A stretch of 32,000 nucleotides of DNA from Candidatus Korarchaeum cryptofilum OPF8 (GTDB lineage: Archaea; Korarchaeota; Korarchaeia; Korarchaeales; Korarchaeaceae): NCBI RefSeq assembly GCF_000019605.1, contig NC_010482.1:210001-242000 (forward strand), written 5' to 3'. The position numbers were made by a program, and so were the translations under genes. Numbering within the stretch: position 1 is the stretch's first letter; the number at the start of each line of letters is the position of its first letter. Of the stretch, positions 15,925 to 24,499 are shown piece by piece. The notes below the pieces were generated by a model. That model saw only the letters and a list, made by a program, of their open reading frames with translations, was not told the DNA's origin and ran no database searches.

Positions 15925-16446
15925 ATGAGAGCTGAGGATATAATAGAGGCCCTTGCAACTGAGACCAGAAGGAAGATAGTCAAGTTACTAGCTATGGAAC
16001 CGCTAACATTGAGTGAAATAGCTGAAAGACTCGGAATATCACAGCCTGCTGCCCTGAAACATATAAGGGAGCTCGAATCCTCCGGCATAATAGAAGCACA
16101 TAAGGTGAGGGATCAGTACGGCAGGATCAGGAGATGCTACAGAATCGCGAGACCTATCAGAGTGATATTGAGCTTAGATGGGGATTCCGTCAGGATTTAC
16201 GTGAGAGAAGCTAGGCCGATTGAGGGGGTTCCGGCTGATATAGAGGGTAGACTTAAGCGGGTCATGGGTATGATAAATGAGCTAAATAGTGCGGATTCTT
16301 TAGGGAAAATGATGTATAAATCGACAGAAATTATTAAAGAGATAGAAGAAACTCTCGATGATATTGAGGAGATTGAGTCACAGCTCATCTGGTTGAGGTA
16401 TGAGGTGCTCAGGTCCCTCAAGAAATTCGTGAGTAGGTTAAGTTAA
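15925..16446 (+). CDS. ArsR-type winged-helix regulator with a C-terminal helical or coiled-coil domain (Phr/HSR-like candidate)
   Basis: LATETRRKIVKLLAMEPLTLSEIAERLGISQPAALKHIRELESSGIIEA is an ArsR-like wHTH. The C-terminal ~60 aa are heptad-like (IKEIEETLDDIEEIESQLIWLRYEV). Confidence 0.8.
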   Translation: MRAEDIIEALATETRRKIVKLLAMEPLTLSEIAERLGISQPAALKHIRELESSGIIEAHKVRDQYGRIRRCYRIARPIRVILSLDGDSVRIYVREARPIEGVPADIEGRLKRVMGMINELNSADSLGKMMYKSTEIIKEIEETLDDIEEIESQLIWLRYEVLRSLKKFVSRLS

Positions 16447-16447
16447 G

Positions 16448-16475
16448 TTTATATATGAGTTATCCATTAGGATAA
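16448..16475 (+). promoter_or_regulatory. hsp20 promoter: TTTATATA box followed by the palindrome TTATCC-ATTA-GGATAA over the predicted TSS
   Basis: TATA at 16448-16455, palindrome at 16460-16475, SD-like GGTGA at 16478-16482, ATG at 16487. Confidence 0.45.
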
Positions 16476-16486
16476 TTGGTGAGAGC

Positions 16487-16993
16487 ATGTGGTGGGACAG
16501 GTACTGGAGGAGGTTCATGAGGGATATGGAGAGGGACTTCGAGGAGTTGGAGAGGATGATGGACAGGATGTTCAAGGCTTTCGAAGGAGAGGCTGAGATA
16601 AGAGGGCCTTACGTCTATGGCTTCAGCATAACGGTGGGACCGGATGGGAAACCTATAGTGAGGAGGTTCGGTAATGTCAAGCCACCCGTAGTAGAGGAAG
16701 CAGGATATAGGGAGCCCTTCGTCGATGTCATAGTTGACAACAAGGCCAATGAAGTCAGGGTGATAGCTGAGATACCCGGGGTCACTAAGGATAAGATAGA
16801 CGTAGAGGTCACTGAGAAGTTGGTGAAGATAAGGGCGGAGAATGATGACAGGAAGTACAGGACGCAAGTAGATCTACCAGTTGAAGTAGATCCAAAGAGT
16901 GCCAAGGCTAGGTACAATAACGGGATCCTGGAGATTACGCTCACGCCTAAGCAGCCGATAAAGGAGGAAGGAACTAAGATAAAGGTAGATTAA
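16487..16993 (+). CDS. hsp20: Small heat shock protein (Hsp20/alpha-crystallin)
   Basis: Alpha-crystallin domain: [30 protein letters not shown]...[14 protein letters not shown]. Confidence 0.9.
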   Translation: MWWDRYWRRFMRDMERDFEELERMMDRMFKAFEGEAEIRGPYVYGFSITVGPDGKPIVRRFGNVKPPVVEEAGYREPFVDVIVDNKANEVRVIAEIPGVTKDKIDVEVTEKLVKIRAENDDRKYRTQVDLPVEVDPKSAKARYNNGILEITLTPKQPIKEEGTKIKVD

Positions 16994-17019
16994 ACTCTAT
17001 TTTTATTTGGGTGATTTTT

Positions 17020-19218
17020 ATGAGTGAGAAGAAAGTCGAGACTCTCACTGTTGCCGAAGCCCATCCCAAAGATGTGGGAAGGGGAATAGCTAGACTCGAT
17101 CCTAGGGTGATGGAAGCTCTCGGGATAAACACAGGAGATGTGGTGATGATAGAGGGATCAAAGGTAACTGCAGCTATAGCATGGCCATCCTACTCCTCGG
17201 ATTACGGTAAGAACTTGATAAGGATAGATGGCTACACTAGGAGGAACGCCGGAGCAGCTATAGATGATACTGTCAAGGTTTGGAAGGGCGTAGCTAAACC
17301 CGCGAAGAAGGTAGTGTTCGCACCTACCGAACCCATACAGTTGCTAGGAGGGGAGCAGTACCTCAAGAGGCTGCTAGAGGGGAGGCCTCTGGTTAGAGGG
17401 GATAGAGTCACGATAAACGTCTTCGGAAGCCTGATAGAATTGGTGGTCACGGCTGTCAATCCCGTAGCAGATGCAGTCATTGTGAGCGCGGATACTGAGA
17501 TTGAGATAAGCGAGAAGCCCGTCACCGAGGAGAGGAAGGTCCCAAGGGTCACTTACGAGGACATAGGTGGCTTGAAGGATGCCATCCAAAAGATAAGGGA
17601 GATGGTAGAGCTTCCTCTTAGGCATCCTGAGTTATTCAGGCACTTGGGAATAGATCCACCTAAGGGAGTATTGCTCTACGGTCCTCCCGGGACCGGCAAA
17701 ACTCTGCTGGCTAAGGCTGTGGCTAACGAGAGCAACGCCCACTTCATAAGTATCTCAGGCCCCGAGATAATGAGCAAGTACTATGGTGAGAGCGAGAAGA
17801 GGCTCAGGGAGATATTCGAGGAGGCTGAGAAGAATGCTCCATCTATAATATTCATGGACGAAATCGACGCTATTGCCCCTAAGAGAGAGGAAGTTACAGG
17901 TGAGGTTGAGAGGAGAGTAGTGGCTCAGCTATTGGCTTTGATGGATGGATTGAAGGGGAGGGGCGAAGTCATAGTAATAGGAGCTACTAACAGGCCTGAA
18001 GCCATAGATCCGGCTTTGAGGAGGCCCGGGAGGTTCGACAGGGAGATAGAGATAGGAGTGCCCGATAGGGAGGGGAGGAAGGAGATACTGCTGATACACA
18101 CGAGGAACATGCCCCTAGCTGATGATGTGGATCTCGATAGATTGGCCGATATAACTCACGGCTTCGTGGGAGCTGATCTAGCTGCTTTGGTAAGGGAGGC
18201 AGCTATGAGGGCTCTGAGGAGATTGATGAAGGAAGTTAATCTGCTTGAGAGTGAGAAGCTGCCACCGGAAGTCTTGGAGAAGCTTAAGGTCACTATGGAC
18301 GATTTCATGGAGGCCTTCAAGGATATAACGCCCTCAGCTCTGAGGGAGGTAGTCGTCCAAGTCCCGAACGTGAGATGGGATGACATAGGCGGGCTCGATG
18401 AAGTGAAGGAAGAGCTGAAGATGGCAGTAGAATGGCCCCTCAAATATCCTGAGCTCTTCGAGGCTAGCGGTGCGAGGCAGCCTAAGGGGATACTGCTCTT
18501 CGGCCCTCCAGGAACTGGCAAAACTCTGCTAGCTAAAGCTGTAGCGAATGAGAGCGAGGCCAACTTCATAAGCGTCAAAGGGCCAGAGATAATGAGCAAG
18601 TGGGTTGGGGAGAGCGAGAAAGCTATTAGGATGATATTCAGGAGGGCAAGGCAGACCGCTCCAACTATAATATTCTTCGATGAGATAGATTCGATAGCGC
18701 CGATAAGGGGATACTCAAGCGACTCGGGAGTCACGGAGAGGGTCATAAGTCAGCTGCTCACTGAGATGGATGGCTTAGAGGAGCTCAGGAAGGTAGTAGT
18801 CATAGCTGCTACTAACAGGCCGGATTTAATAGACCCAGCTTTGCTGAGGCCAGGAAGGTTCGATAGGCTGATCTACGTCCCTCCACCCGACTTCGCCGCT
18901 AGACTGCAGATACTCAAGATACATACGAAGGGGAAGCCCCTAGCTCCGGATGTGAACCTCGAGGAACTCGCATCTAAGACAGAAGGATATACAGGCGCTG
19001 ACTTAGCGAATTTAGTGAATATAGCCACTCTAATGGCTTTGAAGGAGCACATAAATAAGTACAAGGATCCCAAGGAGGCCTCAGCCCATAGATCGGAGCT
19101 CATCATAACGAAGAGGCACTTTGAGGAAGCTATGAAGAAGATCAGACCACTAGGGAAGGAGGAGATCGAGAGATATAAGAGAATAGCTGATGAATTCTTG
19201 AGAAGAGCTTCGACATGA
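17020..19218 (+). CDS. cdc48: CDC48/VCP-type AAA+ ATPase (double-psi barrel N domain plus D1 and D2)
   Basis: Two Walker A motifs ([15 protein letters not shown] x2), Walker [10 protein letters not shown] / IIFFDEIDS, and second regions of homology. I prefer ATG at 17020 (MSEKK...) over the ORF-track GTG at 17011. Confidence 0.95.
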   Translation: MSEKKVETLTVAEAHPKDVGRGIARLDPRVMEALGINTGDVVMIEGSKVTAAIAWPSYSSDYGKNLIRIDGYTRRNAGAAIDDTVKVWKGVAKPAKKVVFAPTEPIQLLGGEQYLKRLLEGRPLVRGDRVTINVFGSLIELVVTAVNPVADAVIVSADTEIEISEKPVTEERKVPRVTYEDIGGLKDAIQKIREMVELPLRHPELFRHLGIDPPKGVLLYGPPGTGKTLLAKAVANESNAHFISISGPEIMSKYYGESEKRLREIFEEAEKNAPSIIFMDEIDAIAPKREEVTGEVERRVVAQLLALMDGLKGRGEVIVIGATNRPEAIDPALRRPGRFDREIEIGVPDREGRKEILLIHTRNMPLADDVDLDRLADITHGFVGADLAALVREAAMRALRRLMKEVNLLESEKLPPEVLEKLKVTMDDFMEAFKDITPSALREVVVQVPNVRWDDIGGLDEVKEELKMAVEWPLKYPELFEASGARQPKGILLFGPPGTGKTLLAKAVANESEANFISVKGPEIMSKWVGESEKAIRMIFRRARQTAPTIIFFDEIDSIAPIRGYSSDSGVTERVISQLLTEMDGLEELRKVVVIAATNRPDLIDPALLRPGRFDRLIYVPPPDFAARLQILKIHTKGKPLAPDVNLEELASKTEGYTGADLANLVNIATLMALKEHINKYKDPKEASAHRSELIITKRHFEEAMKKIRPLGKEEIERYKRIADEFLRRAST

Positions 19219-19237
19219 CCTTCAAATATTCTCAAAC

Positions 19238-19249
19238 TTTTTTATTTTT
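19238..19249 (+). terminator. Oligo-T tract (T6-A-T5) downstream of cdc48
   Basis: TTTTTTATTTTT lies 20 nt after the cdc48 stop. Archaeal termination uses oligo-T. The same A/T block sits about 25 nt upstream of the gap ATG and may double as its TATA element. Confidence 0.45.
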
Positions 19250-19266
19250 CAACGCCTCCTCAACAT

Positions 19267-20280
19267 ATGCCCATGCGCGTAGGTATCAACGGTTTCGGTA
19301 GGATAGGTAGGCAGGTCTTCAAGATAGGCTTGAGGAACCCAAACTTAGATTTCGTCGCTCTCAATGATATAACTGAGCCGAGAGTCCTTGCCCATCTCCT
19401 CAAGTACGATTCTGTCTTCGGGAGGTTTAAGGCTGAGATAAGCCATAAGGAATCTGCTATAATCGTCAATGGGAAGGAGATGAGGGTATTCAGTCAGAGA
19501 GATCCCTCATTAATTCCGTGGGATGAGCTAGGTGTTGATCTAGTCATAGAAGCTTCGGGAGTATTCACGGGCAGGAGCGATGCCGCTAAGCACCTGAGAG
19601 GGTCCGTTAAGAAGGTCGTTATAACTGCTCCCTCGAAGGGGGAGTCAGCCGATTACACTGTCGTTATGGGAGTCAACGAGGGAGGAATAGATGTGGGGAA
19701 GCATCACGTGATAAGCAATTCATCCTGCACGACTAATGCTTTCGCTATAATGGTGAAGGTCCTCCACGAGAGGTTCAAGATCAGAAGAGGTGTGATGACC
19801 ACAATTCACGCATATACGAACGATCAGAGGATATTAGATGCTCCTCATTCCGATCTGAGGCGCGCTAGGGCTGCTGCTATATCCATGATCCCCACTTCGA
19901 CTGGAGCGGCTAAGACGATAGAGCTAATATTCCCGGAGCTCAAGGGCAGGCTCTCCGCTATAGCTATGAGAGTGCCTACTTACGATGTATCGATCGTAGA
20001 CTTCGCTGCCGAGCTGGAGAGTAAAGTAAGCGTTGAGGAAGTCAATAAGGCCTTCGAGGAAGAAGCTAAGAGGATGCCGAAGTACTTGGGGATAGCCGAG
20101 GATCCCATAGTATCTGTAGACCTCATAGGGGATGAGCACAGCGTGGTCTTCGATCCCTCCCTGACTCAAGTCGTCGAGGGGAACATGGTCAAGGTGTTCG
20201 GATGGTACGATAATGAGTGGGGTTACTCAGCTAGAGTAGTGGATCTAGTGGATTATCTCAGGGAAAAAATGAGCATATGA
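19267..20280 (+). CDS. gap: Glyceraldehyde-3-phosphate dehydrogenase, class I (bacterial/eukaryal type)
   Basis: INGFGRIGR, SNSSCTTN (catalytic Cys), TIHAYTNDQ, WYDNEWGYS. An alternative start is ATG at 19273. Confidence 0.95.
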   Translation: MPMRVGINGFGRIGRQVFKIGLRNPNLDFVALNDITEPRVLAHLLKYDSVFGRFKAEISHKESAIIVNGKEMRVFSQRDPSLIPWDELGVDLVIEASGVFTGRSDAAKHLRGSVKKVVITAPSKGESADYTVVMGVNEGGIDVGKHHVISNSSCTTNAFAIMVKVLHERFKIRRGVMTTIHAYTNDQRILDAPHSDLRRARAAAISMIPTSTGAAKTIELIFPELKGRLSAIAMRVPTYDVSIVDFAAELESKVSVEEVNKAFEEEAKRMPKYLGIAEDPIVSVDLIGDEHSVVFDPSLTQVVEGNMVKVFGWYDNEWGYSARVVDLVDYLREKMSI

Positions 20281-20281
20281 G

Positions 20282-23143
20282 TTACTCTATGTATATAGCT
20301 GGTCTCCCGGGGAGGGCCCTCGAGGCCCTCTTCTTCGGATCGTAAGAGGGGTTCTCCTCGAGATCCACCCTTATTTTCATCCCCAATTTCCTCTCTAAGT
20401 AATTCTTCGCAGTTTCAAGTGCTGATAACTCCTTATCCCTATCGGGGAGCCAGGGCCATCCGCCACTGGAGAGTTGCTTCACTATCTCAGGAACGTAAGA
20501 GCCTCTTTCCCTGAAAGCTGGATTCTTCATGAGCTCTGGGATCAATCTCCTTGGATCGAGCCCTATTTTGGGCTTGAGTTCCTCTATCCTCCTGAAGAGC
20601 TCATACTTCCATGGGGAAGCTACGTAAATGTAGAGGTTGCTCCCGGATATCCCCGATGAGGAGATGCTCTTAACATCCTCTATTATATTCGACAAAACCT
20701 TGTAGGATATATCGGCTTCCCTGTACTCGGGGATCTCCTCGTGGGACGGCCAGGGGGCCAGAGAAACGAATCCCTCCTCCCCTATGGTTTCCCATATCTC
20801 CTCAGCTACGTGGGGGGCGAAGGGGGCCAGTAGCCTGGCCCAAACATTCAGGATGTATTTCATAAGCCTCCCATTCGCTTCGCCTTTGGCCTCGAGGTAC
20901 TCCTCAACTTCATTGAGCAGTAAGTAGACTGAGTGATGTATCGCCTCCCTAGCCCTGCATTCCTCCATAGCATCGGTTATCTCCTTCACATGAAGCTTCA
21001 ACATCGTTACCAGCCACATATCCCAGAGATCCTCAACTATCAACTCCTCATCGAAACTGCTGAATTTGGAAGCCAGATCGAGAATCCTGAAGAGCCTCTT
21101 GAGGGTGCTGCTCGCTACTATGGGGGAGAAGTCAGCATCCGAGGAGAGCTCAGCGGACCCCATGACTGAAAGCCTTATGGGGTCTGCCCCGAAGAGCTCA
21201 ACGGCCCTCCTTATGGGTATTATGTTTCCGAGGGATTTCGACATCTTCTTGCCCTCCATCGTCACCGAACCGTTCACGACTATCTGCCTAGGCCAGAGAT
21301 CCCTCGGGAATATAGCGACGTGGTTGAATATGAAGAAAGTGAGATGATTCCATACGAGGTCCCTCCCACTGTGCCTCGAGTCCAGAGGGTACCAGTAGAG
21401 GAACTCCTCCCTAACTCTCCTAAGGACATCCTCATCTATCCCCTTCCTCGAGGAGAGATCCTTCTCATTCCCCTTACCGAGGAATATGTAATCGAAGACC
21501 TCCTCATCGAGCTTCGAGGCATCCAAGATCCCTGAATTTATGTACTTGCTTATAGTGTAGAAGGCCATGTAGATTGTTGAGTCGCTAAGGCTCTCTATTA
21601 TCCAATTTGGATCGAAGGGAAGCCTAGTTCCAAGACCGCTCTTTCTAGCGCATGCCTTCTCCCTCATCCAATCGATAGCGTCCTCGAACTCCCTCCTCAG
21701 CTCCTTCGGTATTATCCTCATCTCCCTCAAGGCCTCGTGAGCCAACTTCTTCCACTCGGGATTCGAGTAATCTATGAACCACTGATCCTCCACTATCTTC
21801 ACCACTACCTTAGCCCCGCACCTACAGTAGACAGGGGAATTCGCTATCTCGTAGAACTTGTGGGCCTTCCCACTCATTATAAGGTCTTCCTTAACCCTCT
21901 CCTTAGCTTCCTTGACTGGCATGCCTGGATACGATGTATTGGCCTTCATCCTACCGGTATGGTACTCCTTAGAGTAAATCAGTTGTGTAGCTTCCTCCGC
22001 CTTCACATCCAGCTGATCCTTGACCCCCAAGGATTCCACGGCATCCTTAGCAGGTAAGTCGGAGAAGCCCTCAACTTCTATTATCGATATTGGTTCCAAT
22101 CCAGAGATGTCCTCGATGCCATATCTCCTCAGGGTCTCCAGATCGGATTTCAGATCCCTGAGGGCTAGGAAATCGTAAGGAGCATGCCCGGGCACCGACA
22201 TCACGATGCCCGTACCATAATCAGGTTTGACGAATTTCGCTGGGAGGACGGGGACATCCTTTCCCGTAGCCGGGTTCCTGAAGTATCTCCCGATTAACTC
22301 CTCTCCCTTCACCCTCCCCACTTCCTTAACATCGAATCCCTGGAACTTGAGCTTAACAACAGCTTCCTCAGATAATACCCACCTCTCCCCATTCACTTCA
22401 ACTATCCTGTACTCAACTTCTGGGTTTATCCATATGTTAGTGACCCCGAAGACTGTTTCAGGCCTATAAGTAGCTGTGGGAATTATCAGGGAATCCCCCT
22501 CGAATTTTATCAATGTGACTTCAGTTATCTCGGGCTCAACATCTCCTCTAGTATCGTGCTGCCCTACAGCATTATCGCATCTCGGGCACCAGCCCACGGG
22601 ATGCTTCCCCTTAGTTAAGTATCCCCTCTCCTGCAGCTTCATGAACTGCCAGGTGATGAACTTATTGTATGCCGGATCTATAGTCGTGAACTCCCTCCTC
22701 CAATCTATAGAATATCCCATCAGCTTCATCCCGGCTTTTATCTCCTCATGGAAGTACCTCGCCATCTTGAGAGGATCCTCGAGCTCCTTAATTTTTTCCT
22801 CGGGGATCCCGTAAATCCTGAGGAATGAGTCTATTATCTCAGGATCCCCCTCCCTCAACCTCTTAGCCATCGCCAGTATCGGCGTGCCGGTGTAGTGGAA
22901 GGCCATGGGGAAGAGGACATTATATCCCTGCATCCTCTTGAACCTGGCGTAAGCGTCCGTGAGGCCGTAAGTCCTGCCGTGTCCTATATGCTGCGGGCTA
23001 TTCGGATAGGGATATGCGACAGTTAAATAAAATTTCTTGAGACTTTTGTCGGGATCGGCTTCAAATATCCTTGATTTCTCCCATCTCTCCTGCCATTTCC
23101 TTTCAATTCCCCTGAGCCTCTCAACGAGCTCCTCCACGGACAT
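20282..23143 (-). CDS. leuS: Leucyl-tRNA synthetase (archaeal type)
   Basis: HIGH region PQHIGHGRTY, KMSKS region GKKMSKSLGN, and a CP1 editing insertion. I prefer ATG at 23143 (MSVEEL...), preceded by AGGTGA; the ORF-track start at 23152 is GTG. Confidence 0.95.
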   Translation of the reverse strand: MSVEELVERLRGIERKWQERWEKSRIFEADPDKSLKKFYLTVAYPYPNSPQHIGHGRTYGLTDAYARFKRMQGYNVLFPMAFHYTGTPILAMAKRLREGDPEIIDSFLRIYGIPEEKIKELEDPLKMARYFHEEIKAGMKLMGYSIDWRREFTTIDPAYNKFITWQFMKLQERGYLTKGKHPVGWCPRCDNAVGQHDTRGDVEPEITEVTLIKFEGDSLIIPTATYRPETVFGVTNIWINPEVEYRIVEVNGERWVLSEEAVVKLKFQGFDVKEVGRVKGEELIGRYFRNPATGKDVPVLPAKFVKPDYGTGIVMSVPGHAPYDFLALRDLKSDLETLRRYGIEDISGLEPISIIEVEGFSDLPAKDAVESLGVKDQLDVKAEEATQLIYSKEYHTGRMKANTSYPGMPVKEAKERVKEDLIMSGKAHKFYEIANSPVYCRCGAKVVVKIVEDQWFIDYSNPEWKKLAHEALREMRIIPKELRREFEDAIDWMREKACARKSGLGTRLPFDPNWIIESLSDSTIYMAFYTISKYINSGILDASKLDEEVFDYIFLGKGNEKDLSSRKGIDEDVLRRVREEFLYWYPLDSRHSGRDLVWNHLTFFIFNHVAIFPRDLWPRQIVVNGSVTMEGKKMSKSLGNIIPIRRAVELFGADPIRLSVMGSAELSSDADFSPIVASSTLKRLFRILDLASKFSSFDEELIVEDLWDMWLVTMLKLHVKEITDAMEECRAREAIHHSVYLLLNEVEEYLEAKGEANGRLMKYILNVWARLLAPFAPHVAEEIWETIGEEGFVSLAPWPSHEEIPEYREADISYKVLSNIIEDVKSISSSGISGSNLYIYVASPWKYELFRRIEELKPKIGLDPRRLIPELMKNPAFRERGSYVPEIVKQLSSGGWPWLPDRDKELSALETAKNYLERKLGMKIRVDLEENPSYDPKKRASRALPGRPAIYIE

Positions 23144-23154
23144 TTCGTTCACCT

Positions 23155-23168
23155 ACACCCCGGGGTGT
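23155..23168. promoter_or_regulatory. Perfect 14-bp palindrome ACACCCCGGGGTGT in the leuS leader
   Basis: It lies between an A/T-rich TATA-like block (23176-23192) and the SD-like AGGTGA plus ATG of leuS. Confidence 0.3.
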
Positions 23169-23458
23169 CCGATGCTAATTAAAAAATTTATGAGAGCGAA
23201 CCGCACTGAAGTTCTCTCGGCGTAACCACATGCTCTTTTCTCTTACACCCCCCATGAGGAGCATGGGGAGATAATCGAGGCCTCCGATAGATACGCTAAA
23301 AATCGGGAGGGCCTGAATTTAACTGAAGCACCAGTAAATTAGCGTAATATCAAATAAAGTTATTATGAGGGGCCATACGAGGCTAAAATATTTTAAAAAC
23401 ATTTCAAATTTTCACATCATCTTCAAAATTTTTAAGTAGTAATGTAGATAACTGTCAC

Positions 23459-23656
23459 ATGCTATGTGGAGCGATACATATGGGGAAGAAGGTGAAGCTC
23501 ATCGTATGTCCCGTCTGCGGTAGCTTAAATATAAGGAAGTCATCCCCCTTCTCAGGGTGGCTGCTGCCCGATGAATACACATGCCCGGACTGCGGGTATA
23601 GAGGGCCCATAGTGGGCGAAATCGAGGTAGATGAGGATGAAATCAAGGGGGAGTGA
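23459..23656 (+). CDS. Small zinc-ribbon protein
   Basis: CPVCGS...(22 aa)...CPDCG with an acidic tail. An A/T-rich block lies about 25 nt upstream. An alternative start is ATG at 23480. Confidence 0.55.
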   Translation: MLCGAIHMGKKVKLIVCPVCGSLNIRKSSPFSGWLLPDEYTCPDCGYRGPIVGEIEVDEDEIKGE

Positions 23657-24077
23657 TGGGATCACCTTGGATTCAATCATAAAGGCCCTGAACGATATGG
23701 GCTTGGACGCTCATACGAAAGTCTCATCTTTGGGGAGCATCATCAAGATAGAGATAAAGTTCGATCCATTGGAGAGGGAGAGGAGAGCTTTAAATGCGTA
23801 TAAGGCGAGCTTGAGATCCTCGAACCAGAACAGAGATATTTCAGGGCAGCTAATTCAACAAATAGACCATTTCCTGAAGAGAGTGGAATCGACGAGAATG
23901 GAGAAGGTCCTCGTCGCAGCTCCCTCTCAGGAGGGCCTGAGGCTCCTCCTGGATCAGGTGATGCGGATCGGTAAGGAGATGATCGATAAGAGGAGGGAGG
24001 CTGATGAATTGAGGAAACTAATAAGGCTTTTCCTGAGCTACGTTAGGGAATATGCGAGGGCTAGTGATAATGATTAA
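23631..24077 (+). CDS. Hypothetical protein, 148 aa, mostly helical
   Basis: ORF overlapping the zinc-ribbon gene by 26 nt, which suggests translational coupling. I recognise no motif. Confidence 0.5.
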   Translation: MRMKSRGSDGITLDSIIKALNDMGLDAHTKVSSLGSIIKIEIKFDPLERERRALNAYKASLRSSNQNRDISGQLIQQIDHFLKRVESTRMEKVLVAAPSQEGLRLLLDQVMRIGKEMIDKRREADELRKLIRLFLSYVREYARASDND

Positions 24078-24250
24078 ATCTACAAGATTTTTACCGCCCT
24101 TTATCGGGGAAGTCCTGAATCGAGGCTCGGGAAGGCATCCCTTTAATTATTATTACAATAGTTATCAGCATATATGAAGCGATTATATGCCCATAACATA
24201 ACGTGAATATTTATTAATTAAGTCTGTTAAGTAATTATGGAGGTGAAGGT

Positions 24251-24499
24251 ATGACCCTGCTGAAATCCCATATAAGGATATTGAAAGAGTTGGTGAACAA
24301 AGGGGAGAAGGGGGTTACTGCGAGCAAGCTAGTCTCGAAGAGAGAGTATAGAGTGAAAGTGATAAAGTTCTTGGAGAGCGAAGGGCTAGTTAAGGTATCT
24401 TACAGCGGAGGAGGGATGCGCGTATACGCGACTGAAAGAGCGAAGAAGCTCCTCGAAAGAATAGAGAAGGAGAGACCGGAGCTTTTAGTGAACAGCTAG
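24251..24499 (+). CDS. Small winged-helix DNA-binding protein (82 aa)
   Basis: A perfect SD GGAGGTGA (24239-24246) lies 4 nt before the ATG. The pattern ILKELVNKGEKGVTASKLVSK...VIKFLESEGLVKV is wHTH-like. Confidence 0.6.
   Translation: MTLLKSHIRILKELVNKGEKGVTASKLVSKREYRVKVIKFLESEGLVKVSYSGGGMRVYATERAKKLLERIEKERPELLVNS

Noticed and set aside
17011-17019. ORF-track N-terminal extensions from non-ATG starts: cdc48 GTG 17011, leuS GTG 23152, ECF S-component TTG 15869 and CoA-transferase GTG 31930.
   Set aside because: Nearby ATG codons give N-termini typical of the families (MSEKK..., MSVEEL..., MPREMSKF...). For the CoA-transferase, the frame is open to the window edge, so 31930 is not a start at all.
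19267-23152. Possibility that gap and leuS, or other abutting pairs, reflect an assembly join or frameshift artefact.
   Set aside because: Both proteins are full length with intact C-terminal family motifs and clean stop codons. The same tight packing recurs at six independent junctions, so it looks like a genuine genome property.
23178-23265. 29-codon minus-strand uORF upstream of leuS beginning MLLMGG..., a possible Leu-rich leader peptide.
   Set aside because: It would start upstream of the only plausible leuS TATA-like block and run through it. Only two Leu codons are present, and leader-peptide attenuation is not established in archaea. It is probably a chance ORF.
23330-23458. Very A/T-rich stretch with phased A-tracts, considered as a replication origin / DUE.
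   Set aside because: I could find no ORB-like repeated boxes, there is no orc1/cdc6 gene nearby, and the stretch is only ~130 nt long. Promoter DNA for the zinc-ribbon gene is the simpler explanation.
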